In this document: in pieces, positions 38,812 to 47,378 of the stretch
Position numbering within the stretch: the first letter of the stretch is position 1
Layout of the letters: each line of letters opens with the position of its first letter
Assembly (NCBI GenBank): GCA_963788205.1
Contig: CAWBGG010000007.1
Location: 378,732-442,731, forward strand
Direction of reading: 5' to 3'
Source: an uncultured delta proteobacterium
GTDB lineage: Bacteria; Desulfobacterota; Binatia; Binatales; Binataceae
Length of the DNA stretch: 64,000 nucleotides
Notes under the pieces: generated by a model
What the model was told of the DNA's origin: nothing
Seen by the model: only the letters and a program-made list of their open reading frames with translations
The model's database searches: none
Made by a program: the position numbers and the translations under genes

Positions 38812-39603
38812 ATGGATGACAGCGCCGTCAGCGCTCTGGCCGACGAGCTGTACTCGGCCTTGCGCGCGCGCTCGACCGTGGCTCCGCTCAGCGAACGCCA
38901 TCCCGACATCACGATCGCCGATGCCTATCGCATCTCGCTCCGGATGCTTGAGCGGCGCACCGCCGACGGCGAGCGCGTGATCGGCAAGAAAATCGGCGTG
39001 ACCAGCCGCGCGGTGCAGGAGATGCTCGACGTACATCAGCCCGACTTCGGCTTCCTGACCGACGCGATGCGCTATCCCGACGGCGCGACGATAAGCATCC
39101 GCCGGGCCGGGTTGATCCAGCCGCGCGCGGAAGGCGAGATCGCTTTCATCCTGAGCCATGACCTCGCCGGATCGAACGTCACCGCCGCCGACGTGCTCGA
39201 CGCCGCCGAAGCGGTGATGCCTTGCTTCGAGATCGTCGACTCGCGGATCGCGAACTGGAAGATCAAGATCGAAGACACCGTGGCCGACAACGCTTCGTGC
39301 GGCGTCTTCGTGCTCGGCCAGGCGCGCGTCGATCCCAAGGGACTCGACCTGGCCTCGGTGCGGCTCGAAATGTTTCGCAACGGAGAGCCGGTCGCTTCGG
39401 GACTCGGCTCGGCGGTGCAGGGGCATCCGGCGGCGGCGGTCGCATGGCTCGCCAACACGCTGGGCAAGTTCGGTATCCCGTTCCGAAAGGGCGAGATCAT
39501 TCTTTCCGGTTCCCTGGTGCCGCTGATCCCGGCGTCGGCCGGCGATAGCTTCGAACTGTCTATCGGCGGCATCGGCGGAGCCTCTGTCCGATTCGCCGAT
39601 TGA
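38812..39603 (+). CDS. mhpD: 2-keto-4-pentenoate (2-oxopent-4-enoate) hydratase
   Basis: MhpD/BphH/HpcG-family pattern over the full 263 aa. Confidence 0.8.
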   Translation: MDDSAVSALADELYSALRARSTVAPLSERHPDITIADAYRISLRMLERRTADGERVIGKKIGVTSRAVQEMLDVHQPDFGFLTDAMRYPDGATISIRRAGLIQPRAEGEIAFILSHDLAGSNVTAADVLDAAEAVMPCFEIVDSRIANWKIKIEDTVADNASCGVFVLGQARVDPKGLDLASVRLEMFRNGEPVASGLGSAVQGHPAAAVAWLANTLGKFGIPFRKGEIILSGSLVPLIPASAGDSFELSIGGIGGASVRFAD

Positions 39604-39850
39604 CTAGTACGCTATTAGTTCAAAATGGAAATTCCGGCTTAATGGCGCAATTGCCGTCCAGCGATGCGACACTGACGCAAGGGGGTGGATTTTGCGCTAT
39701 GGCTGCTGTACTTCCCCAGCAACGCCATTCCAAAGGCACCCGCGAGTGCGAAAAGAAGATAACTCCGTCTCAACGCTGCCTCCCCATATTGTATCCGGGA
39801 TTTCCGTTTTGACACCTCGGATTAAGATGATAATTAGTACAGGTTCCCCT

Positions 39851-40801
39851 ATGAAAGTTACCATGGACCGAAAATGTTGGGGTTTCACGCCTCCCGGCGT
39901 CAAAGCATGCTGCAGGCAGTGGTTTTGCCTATTAGTTGTCGCAGGGTTTCTAACTGGCTGTGCGTCAACCGGCACGTCAGCGTATCGCAACCCTAACTTT
40001 GACCAGAGCAAATCTTACCGGGTAGCAGTTTTCCCATTCCGCGATGCGCCTCAAGCTCCCGGAAGTGGCGATGCGCTGTCAACCATATTTGAAGGTACGC
40101 TTTTGGCAAGTGGTGGAAGGTTCGAACTGGTTGACCGTGGAGAAATAGAGCGGATTTTGCGCGAGCACCATGCGGGTGTCAATGGGATGGGGGCCGGTGT
40201 CGGCGGGGATCGTCCGGATTATGTACAAGAATTTGAGGATCCGGTTGGAGTCGGTAAACTACTCCGGGTTGACCTTGTTGTTGTGGGTACGGTAACAAAA
40301 TGGCAGGACTTGCCAGGCAGACCCTCGGTCGCAGCTTTAGTCAAAGCGGTTAGCGTAGAAAAAGGGGTTGTTGTTTGGTCTCTGGATCAGTTTACGGATG
40401 ATGCGCCTCATAACCCCGTGGATTTTGTGGCTTCCAAGCTTTGCCGCCAAATGATCGCCACGTTGGTGGGAAAGAATCCGATCGCCTTGTGGCATACGAA
40501 ATCCGAAGGCGCGGAGCTGGAGCTTGGTTCAACAAACACGCTGGTGTATCGTAACCCCAACTTTGACCAAAGCAAATCGTACCGGGTAGCAGTTTTCCCA
40601 TTTCACGACGCGCCTCAAGCCCCCGGAAGTGGAGATAGGCTGTCAAGCATATTTGAAAGTACACTTTTGGCCAGCAGTGGAAACTTCGAAGTCGTTGAGC
40701 GTGAAGAAACAGAGCGGAGTTTGCGCGAGCGCCATCCGGATGTCAATGGGATGGGGGGCCGGTGCCGGAGGGGATCATCCGGATTATCGACAAGAAGTTG
40801 A
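39851..40801 (+). CDS. CsgG/LpoB-like lipoprotein, copy 1, fused in frame to a signal-less partial copy 2 that then frameshifts
   Basis: Lipobox FLTGCAS. Core YRNPNFDQSKSYRVAVFPF(R/H)DAPQAPGSG...IFE.TLLAS.G.FE.V.R.E.ER.LRE. After copy 1 the frame runs through ...IALWHTKSEGAELELGSTNTLVYRNPNFDQ... into a second core with no stop, then goes out of frame at a run of 6 g (5 g in copies 1 and 3). Confidence 0.6.
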   Translation: MKVTMDRKCWGFTPPGVKACCRQWFCLLVVAGFLTGCASTGTSAYRNPNFDQSKSYRVAVFPFRDAPQAPGSGDALSTIFEGTLLASGGRFELVDRGEIERILREHHAGVNGMGAGVGGDRPDYVQEFEDPVGVGKLLRVDLVVVGTVTKWQDLPGRPSVAALVKAVSVEKGVVVWSLDQFTDDAPHNPVDFVASKLCRQMIATLVGKNPIALWHTKSEGAELELGSTNTLVYRNPNFDQSKSYRVAVFPFHDAPQAPGSGDRLSSIFESTLLASSGNFEVVEREETERSLRERHPDVNGMGGRCRRGSSGLSTRS

Positions 40802-41048
40802 GGATCCAGTTGCTGTCGGTAAACTTCTCCGGGTTGACCTTGTTATCGTGGGCACGGTAACAAACTGGACTCAACGTCAGGCATTCGGATCCTCGGTCGG
40901 AGCTTCTGTCAAAGCGGTTAGTGTAGAAAAAGGGGTCGTTGTGTGGTCTTTGGTTAAGTCTACGGAACACCATTACGCGATCAACGTCGTGGCTCGCAAG
41001 CTTTGCAGCCAAATGATCGCGGCATTGGTGGGTAAGAATCCGAATTAG
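40629..41048 (+). pseudogene. out-of-frame C-terminal remainder of lipoprotein copy 2
   Basis: This frame encodes GAGGDHPDYRQEVEDPVAVGKLLRVDLVIVGTVTNW...ARKLCSQMIAALVGKNPN, homologous to the C-terminal halves of copies 1 and 3. Confidence 0.6.
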
Positions 41049-41060
41049 AACTGTTCCCCT

Positions 41061-41705
41061 ATGGAGGCTACCATGCACCGAAAGTGTTGGGGCTTCGGGC
41101 CTGCCAGCGTCAGAGCATTCTGCAAGCAGTGTCTTTGCCTATTGGTAATCACAGGGTTTCTAACTGGCTGTGCGTCAACCGGCACGTTGGTGTATCGCAA
41201 CCCTAACTTTGACCAAAGCAAATCTTACCGGGTAGCAGTTTTCCCATTCCACGATGCGCCTCAATCCCCCGGAAGTGGAAATGCGCTATCAACCATATTT
41301 GAAAGTACACTTTTGGCGAGCGGTGGAAAGTTCGAAGTGGTTGAGCGTGGAGAAATAGAACGGATTTTGCGTGAGCGCCATCCGGATGTCAATGGGATGG
41401 GGGCCAGTGTCGGCAGGGATTCTGGACAAGAATTCGAGGATCCGGTTGCGGTCGGTAAGCTTCTCCGGGTTGACCTTGTTATTGTGGGCACGGTAACAAA
41501 CTGGACTCAAGGTGTGCAAGCAGGCTGGGCTACTTTTTCCACTACCGCGGTCGGAGCTTCTGTCAAAGCGGTTAGTGTGGAAAAAGGGGTTATTGTTTGG
41601 TCTTTGGATCAGTCTGCACAGCCTGCTTGGGTCCTTACCGGGCCGGTGGATGCTGTGGCTCGCAAGCTTTGCCGCCAAATGGTCGCGACATTTGTGGGAG
41701 AGTAA
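41061..41705 (+). CDS. CsgG/LpoB-like lipoprotein, copy 3 (intact)
   Basis: 214 aa. Same leader (ttcccctatg...ccatg), lipobox and core as copy 1. Upstream sequence is also duplicated. Confidence 0.7.
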   Translation: MEATMHRKCWGFGPASVRAFCKQCLCLLVITGFLTGCASTGTLVYRNPNFDQSKSYRVAVFPFHDAPQSPGSGNALSTIFESTLLASGGKFEVVERGEIERILRERHPDVNGMGASVGRDSGQEFEDPVAVGKLLRVDLVIVGTVTNWTQGVQAGWATFSTTAVGASVKAVSVEKGVIVWSLDQSAQPAWVLTGPVDAVARKLCRQMVATFVGE

Positions 41706-41889
41706 TTGTCCAATGTTGTGAATCGGCCGGTGGACCGAGGCGAACTCCGTCGACGAACTTCACGCCCGCACGGACCAGAGACAAGAGGGTGGCGCCGTCG
41801 AGGCGCCGCCAGCGCTGCTGGGCCATGTCGAGCAGCTTGAACGCCATCAGCAGTGCCTTGGTTCTTGAATCGGCGCGCCAGGCGGCTCG

Positions 41890-41957
41890 GTGAATTTTTA
41901 CGTGAGCGACGACGACAGCACGCCGACGTGGGGCAGCGCCGATTACCGGCACCAGTA
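41890..41957 (+). pseudogene. relic 3-prime fragment of a kinase paralog
   Basis: tttttacgtgagcgacgacgacagcacgccgacgtggggcagcgccgattaccggcaccagtag encodes FYVSDDDSTPTWGSADYRHQ*. It is nearly identical to the last 20 codons of the next gene (FYVSDDGSTLTWGSNSYRRQ*), and has the same stop-to-start junction. Confidence 0.65.
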
Positions 41958-41973
41958 GCGGGAGAGGAACGTC

Positions 41974-44163
41974 GTGCTTTCAGCAGGCTTCGTACTGGCC
42001 GGCCGCTACCGCGTGATTCGCTTGCTCGGCGGCGGCGGAATGAAGCGCGTCTATCTCGCCGAAGACGCGGGGCAAGCCGCACTGCGGCGCGTGGTAGTCG
42101 AGCCCGCGAACGATCCTGGCGAGCCGCAAGCGCGAGAACAGGCATCCGCAGGGCTCCAACTGAAAGCACAAGCGCTGGAGCCCCTTCGCAACGGGCACCT
42201 CGCCCAGTTGCTCGAGTTCCTTACTGAAGACGGCCGCCTCTACCTAATCCGCGAGTACGTAGAAGGCGAATCGCTAGAAGAGCGAATCAGGAGGATGCCG
42301 AAGACCGGTTTGGCGCCTGAGTTCGTAATCGGCCTCGCGCTCCAGATTCTGGACGGCCTGGTTGTTCTGCATGGACTCGATCCGCCGTTCATCTATCGCA
42401 ACCTCAAGCCCTCCAACGTGATCATCGGACCGGAGGGAGTTGCGAAGCTGGTCGATTTCGGCCTTGCGCTCGACCTCGCGCCGCCATCTCTGGCCACAAA
42501 AATCGGCGCGCGGCCATACTCCGCGCCCGAACAGTACGAGCGTCGCGACGGGCCACAGAGCGATCTCTACGCGCTCGGCGCGATCATGCACCACGCGCTG
42601 TCGGGCCGCGATCCCGTCAAATCGGCGCCGTTTCGGTTTCAGCCGCTCGAGCGGCTCCGTCCGGACCTGAATCCCGATCTCTGTAAGCTTGTTGATCGCT
42701 CGCTGGCCTTCAACGTAAACGAGCGCGTCCCGTCCGCCCAGTTCTTCAAGGATTCTCTCCTCGCCATCAAGGCAGGCCAGCCGCTGCCGGCTTTCGCCCC
42801 GGCGCAGGCGCCTGCGTCGCCGGTCGCGGCGCAGCCTGGCGCAGCGGCGCCCGCGCGACCGCGCTCGCGTCGCGCGCCCTGCCCGCACTGCCAACGACGA
42901 ATCCCGCGCGACGCGCGCACCTGCCCTTACTGCGCGCGCAACGTCGCTACGGGCGAGATAGGCGTAGGCGCGTCCTCATCAGGGCGAAAGATCCCCGCGG
43001 CTGCGATAGGCATTGCCGCCGTCGCGGCTGCCGTGGTCGCAGGCGTGTTCATCCTCAGGCCTGATCATGCGTCCAGTCCAGCGGTGCGGCAAATTGCCGC
43101 TCCCGCTTCGGTCCCTTCGCATTCGGCGGCTGAGGCCGAAGCGGAAGCGCATCGGCTCGCGCTCGCGCGGCAGTTCGACGCCGACATGGCGGCGTTTCGC
43201 GGCGCCGAGCCGTCCAGCCACTCACGAGAGAGACTCCGCCGGACGATCATAGCCGAGGGTGTTAACATGAATCCGCCGCCGGGTCTGCCCCAGGACGCAC
43301 TGCAACATCTCGATCGTGGCGATGCCGATCTCAAGGCGCGCAACTATGCCGAGGCGGCCGGCGAGTTTCGCGAGGCGCTGGACGAGGCGCCATGGCTGGC
43401 GCAGGCCTATCGGGGTCTCGCCCGGGCACGCGAATCAGCCGGCGATCTGGACGGCGAGATCGAAGCCTCCAACGACTATTTGCTCGCCTCACCGCAGGCG
43501 TCCGATGCGCTGGAGGTGAAGGCGCATGCCGCAGCGTTGGGCCAGCGAATCTTCGCAAGTCAGAGCGACGCCGCCTTGCGCAACGAGATCCAGGCCCTAC
43601 AAGTCAAGCAGCAGGAGGAGGAGGCGGAGCAGGCGCGAATTCGGGCGCAGGAGCAGGCCGAGGAAGAGGCCCGTCAAGAGCAGCAGCGGCAGAACCAGCG
43701 CCAGCAGGCCGAGCAGCAGCGCCAGCAGGTCGAGCGGGAGCAACGGTGCCGGGAAAACTTCGTCGGAAGGTGGGGAGAGTACGACGTCGAGTGCTGCGGC
43801 GAAAGACGTTCGGGCGCGACCTCTTTTTTACCGCCCGGCTCCGGCGGCAGACCGATTCAGGGGCTGGGAGGAGTATATCAGATCGACCTCGCCGGCAAGC
43901 AGCTACAAGTTTATCGGGTGCTTGGGGTAAAGTGCAGCCGTGCCTGCGAATCGACCGGTCTGTATCAAACCAGCGAACTCGTGTTCGACGGTACCCTCAC
44001 CAATCAACGCACGAATTGGAGCGGCAACTGCAGCTTCACAGCTACCGGCGAGATTCATCACTTCGACCCTTTTGAGGCAGTGCCCATCGACTCGGTGGAC
44101 TTTTACGTCAGCGACGACGGTAGCACGCTGACGTGGGGCAGCAACAGTTACCGGCGCCAGTAG
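41974..44163 (+). CDS. transmembrane Ser/Thr kinase-like protein, predicted pseudokinase, with zinc ribbon, TPR-like and coiled-coil periplasmic region
   Basis: GGGGMKRVY is present. The beta-3 Lys is lost (RRVVVEP). The catalytic loop reads IYRNLKPSN (Asp to Asn). DFG and APE are present. CPHC...CPYC ribbon, then a TM segment, then a TPR-like segment, a Q/E/R-rich coiled coil and a Cys-containing C-terminal domain. GTG start. Confidence 0.75.
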   Translation: MLSAGFVLAGRYRVIRLLGGGGMKRVYLAEDAGQAALRRVVVEPANDPGEPQAREQASAGLQLKAQALEPLRNGHLAQLLEFLTEDGRLYLIREYVEGESLEERIRRMPKTGLAPEFVIGLALQILDGLVVLHGLDPPFIYRNLKPSNVIIGPEGVAKLVDFGLALDLAPPSLATKIGARPYSAPEQYERRDGPQSDLYALGAIMHHALSGRDPVKSAPFRFQPLERLRPDLNPDLCKLVDRSLAFNVNERVPSAQFFKDSLLAIKAGQPLPAFAPAQAPASPVAAQPGAAAPARPRSRRAPCPHCQRRIPRDARTCPYCARNVATGEIGVGASSSGRKIPAAAIGIAAVAAAVVAGVFILRPDHASSPAVRQIAAPASVPSHSAAEAEAEAHRLALARQFDADMAAFRGAEPSSHSRERLRRTIIAEGVNMNPPPGLPQDALQHLDRGDADLKARNYAEAAGEFREALDEAPWLAQAYRGLARARESAGDLDGEIEASNDYLLASPQASDALEVKAHAAALGQRIFASQSDAALRNEIQALQVKQQEEEAEQARIRAQEQAEEEARQEQQRQNQRQQAEQQRQQVEREQRCRENFVGRWGEYDVECCGERRSGATSFLPPGSGGRPIQGLGGVYQIDLAGKQLQVYRVLGVKCSRACESTGLYQTSELVFDGTLTNQRTNWSGNCSFTATGEIHHFDPFEAVPIDSVDFYVSDDGSTLTWGSNSYRRQ

Positions 44164-44174
44164 GGAAGAATCGC

Positions 44175-46106
44175 ATGCTTGCAGCAGGCGTCGTATTGGC
44201 CGGTCGATACCGTGTCGTGCGTCCGCTCGGCGGCGGCGGGATGAAGCAGGTCTATCTCGTAGAAGACACGCGGCTCGCCAATCGCCCCTGCGCGCTGGCC
44301 GAGATGATCGACAGCTTCTCCGACCCCAAGGAAGCCCAGGCCACCGCCGCGGCTTTCCAGCGCGAAGCCGAAATGCTCGCAAGCCTGCGTCATGATCAAA
44401 TCGTCGTCGTTCACGACCGCTTCAGCGAGCAGAACCGCCACTACCTGGTGATGGAGTACGTCGAGGGCGACACGCTGGAGCAGAAGCTTGCGGCTGCTCC
44501 GGGCAATCGGCTGGACGAGAAGCTTATCACCGATGTCGCGCTGCAAATAACCGACGCGTTAGAATATCTGCACCGCCATAATCCGCCGGTCGTTTACCGC
44601 GATCTCAAGCCGGCCAACGTGATGCTCACCCCGGATGGGCGGGTGAAGCTGATCGATTTCGGCATCGCGCGGCTGTTCGTGCCCAAGAAGACCGCAACGA
44701 TGGTTGGGACCCAAGGCTACGCGCCGCCGGAGCAGTACGAGGGCAAGGCCGAGCCGCGGAGCGACCTCTATGCGCTCGGCGCGACGATGCACCATCTGCT
44801 CACGGGCCGCGATCCTGGCACCCAAGTGCCGTTCAGCTTTCCGCCGGTCGGTGGCCTCCGGCCGGACTGTGATTCGCGCATCGCCGACCTGATCGACGAG
44901 TCGCTCAGATACAACCTGGCCGATCGGATCACGAGCGCCTCAGAGTTCCGCAGGCGGCTAGAGAACATCAAATCACCGTCGGGCGGGTTCAGGCCGGCTG
45001 CGGCAGCATCCACGCCGACGCCGTCGGTTTCCGCTCCGCCGTTCGGCGGAGCGGTCACGGTGACGACGCTGATTCAGGCCAGACAGTGCCCGCGCTGCAC
45101 GCGCGGCGTTCCGGTCAACGCGGTCGTATGCCCCTATTGCAGCGCGCGACTGGGGCACACTGCGGTCTCGGCCGGGAAGCGCCGCCGATGGCCGCTCGCT
45201 GTTGCCTCGCTGGCCGTTGCCTTCGGAGCGGTGTTCGCCGGAGCCTATTACTACGAGAATATCTACCTGCCGCAACCGCGGCCGGCCGCCGGGCAGCAAG
45301 CGCACGCGGCACCCGAAGCGCAACCGACGGCTGCCCGGCGTGAAGCGGCGCCGGAACAGCCGCGTCCCGAGAACGCCGCCATCGCGGAGCGGAATGCAAA
45401 TCTCAGTGCGCAACTCGCCCAGGACGTAACTGCGCTCCAGCGCGCCAAGGCAGGCTCTGCGAAGGAGAAGTGGTTGCGCGAGGATGTGATCTCAGCGGCG
45501 CTGCAGATGAGTCCGCCGCCGGCAGTGCCCGACGACGCCCGGAAGCTTATCGATCAAGGAGAGGCGGCCCTGAAGGTCGCAAGCACGGCGGGCGAATATC
45601 GCAAGGCGGCGGTGGAGTTGAATCGGGCGTTGAAGCTCGCCCCGTGGTATGCGCCCGGCTACACAGCGCTGGCGGACGCGGAGGAGGGGGCGAACGATCT
45701 CGATGCGGCGGCTTCGAGTCTAAGGGCATATCTGATTGCCGCGCCGACCGCCGCGGACAGCGCGAGCGTCAGCGCGCGCATCTCGGAGCTTGAGCAACAG
45801 GCGGTCCAGCAGCGGCAGCAGGCGGCGGAACAGCGCAAGCTTGCCGAACTCAAGAAGCAGCAAGAGCAGAAGCAAGCGGAGATCGACAAGGAGCGGCAAG
45901 AAGAAAAGCAGCCTCGGAACGAAGAGCAGACACAAGACAAATACAAGGCTGCCGCGGAGGCTGATTGCCGAAGGGAGCACGCTGCGGTGAACGCATATTT
46001 GTCCTGCCTACAACGATGGCCTCATGACCTCGATCGCTGTACTGACGCACCTCCCCTTTTTCACGACTGCGAGTATCTCTATGAGAAATATGGTGAGCGG
46101 CTTTAA
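44175..46106 (+). CDS. transmembrane Ser/Thr kinase paralog (beta-3 Lys replaced) with zinc ribbon, TPR-like and coiled-coil periplasmic region
   Basis: GGGGMKQVY, CALAEM (Lys to Ala), VYRDLKPAN, DFG, APE. CPRC...CPYC ribbon and a TM segment. Overlaps the upstream gene by about 30 nt. Close paralog of the kinase at 20413. Confidence 0.75.
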   Translation: MLAAGVVLAGRYRVVRPLGGGGMKQVYLVEDTRLANRPCALAEMIDSFSDPKEAQATAAAFQREAEMLASLRHDQIVVVHDRFSEQNRHYLVMEYVEGDTLEQKLAAAPGNRLDEKLITDVALQITDALEYLHRHNPPVVYRDLKPANVMLTPDGRVKLIDFGIARLFVPKKTATMVGTQGYAPPEQYEGKAEPRSDLYALGATMHHLLTGRDPGTQVPFSFPPVGGLRPDCDSRIADLIDESLRYNLADRITSASEFRRRLENIKSPSGGFRPAAAASTPTPSVSAPPFGGAVTVTTLIQARQCPRCTRGVPVNAVVCPYCSARLGHTAVSAGKRRRWPLAVASLAVAFGAVFAGAYYYENIYLPQPRPAAGQQAHAAPEAQPTAARREAAPEQPRPENAAIAERNANLSAQLAQDVTALQRAKAGSAKEKWLREDVISAALQMSPPPAVPDDARKLIDQGEAALKVASTAGEYRKAAVELNRALKLAPWYAPGYTALADAEEGANDLDAAASSLRAYLIAAPTAADSASVSARISELEQQAVQQRQQAAEQRKLAELKKQQEQKQAEIDKERQEEKQPRNEEQTQDKYKAAAEADCRREHAAVNAYLSCLQRWPHDLDRCTDAPPLFHDCEYLYEKYGERL

Positions 46107-46358
46107 CGGCAACACGAGGAACAAGGATTCTCAACCGGCGAAATTCGCGTTCAAGCAGCGAACCCTTGCCGTCCCATTCCCGTCCCAATCAGCGGTACAC
46201 GGTTATTTCCGGTTAAAATCAGGTGCGCGCTGAACTCTGAGCAGATGCGATCGGCTACCGGCGTTGCCGGCGGGCCGGCTCTTTACGGCTTGGAACAATT
46301 CTGGGAAAAAACCATTAGTCAATCATTCGCAGATCTGCCGTCCGGCGGAGATCGGGAC

Positions 46359-47282
46359 ATGAAGCAGGACACTAAGAAGGTCAAATGCGCTCTAATCGGT
46401 TCGGGCAACATCGGCACCGACCTGCTCTACAAGCTCAAGCGCAGCGAGCTGCTCGATCCGGTATGGATGGTCGGGATCGAGCCGGCCTCCGAAGGGTTGG
46501 CGCGCGCCCGCGCGATGGGACTCAAAACCACCGACAAGGGCGTTGACGCGATGCTGCCCCACGTGAAGGAAGACGGCGTCCAGATCGCGTTCGATGCAAC
46601 TTCCGCGTACGTGCATCCGGAGAACTCGCGCAAGCTCAACGCGCTGGGCGTGATGATGCTCGACCTCACTCCCGCTGCGATCGGTCCCTATTGCGTGCCG
46701 CCGGTGAACCTGAAGGGGCACGTCGGCAAGCGCGAGATGAACGTCAACCTGGTCACCTGCGGCGGACAGGCGACGATCCCGATGGTCTACGCGGTCTCGC
46801 GCGTACAGAAGGTCACCTATGCCGAGATAATCGCGACCGTGGCGTCGCGGTCGGTCGGGCCCGGCACCCGCAAGAATATCGACGAGTTCACCCGCACCAC
46901 CGCCGGTGCGGTTGAAAAGGTCGGCGCGGCGAACAAGGGCAAGGCAATCGTAATAATCAATCCCGCCGAGCCTCCGATCATCATGCGCGACACCGTCTAC
47001 TGCACGACCGAGGACCAGCCCAACCGCGAGGCGCTGATGGACTCCGCGCTCGAGATGATCCGCGAAGTGCAGAAGTATGTCCCCGGCTACCGGCTCAAGA
47101 ACGGACCCGTGATCGACGGCAATCGGATCTCGATGTTCATGGAAGTCGAGGGCCTGGGCGACTATCTGCCGAAGTACGCCGGCAACCTCGACATCATGAC
47201 CGCCGCGGCCGCCCGCGCCGCCGAGATGTTCGCTGAAGAGATCCTGAGCGGCAGCTTGGTGCTCGAACCCGTCGCGGCTTAA
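46359..47282 (+). CDS. mhpF: acetaldehyde dehydrogenase (acetylating)
   Basis: [17 protein letters not shown]-terminus and full-length DmpF/MhpF/BphJ pattern. Confidence 0.85.
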   Translation: MKQDTKKVKCALIGSGNIGTDLLYKLKRSELLDPVWMVGIEPASEGLARARAMGLKTTDKGVDAMLPHVKEDGVQIAFDATSAYVHPENSRKLNALGVMMLDLTPAAIGPYCVPPVNLKGHVGKREMNVNLVTCGGQATIPMVYAVSRVQKVTYAEIIATVASRSVGPGTRKNIDEFTRTTAGAVEKVGAANKGKAIVIINPAEPPIIMRDTVYCTTEDQPNREALMDSALEMIREVQKYVPGYRLKNGPVIDGNRISMFMEVEGLGDYLPKYAGNLDIMTAAAARAAEMFAEEILSGSLVLEPVAA

Positions 47283-47295
47283 CGAGTTGACTGAT

Positions 47296-47335
47296 TCTGG
47301 AACGCCTCTCCCTGACCAGAGAGAGGCCGGCGGGC
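47296..47335. repeat. two short GC hairpins in the mhpF-mhpE spacer (family C-like)
   Basis: gcctctc cctgacca gagaggc and cggcgggcg gcgct cgcccgccg. Confidence 0.5.
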
Positions 47336-47378
47336 GGCGCTGCGCCCGCCGGGTGAGGGTAGCCTGAAGGAGGCTCAC

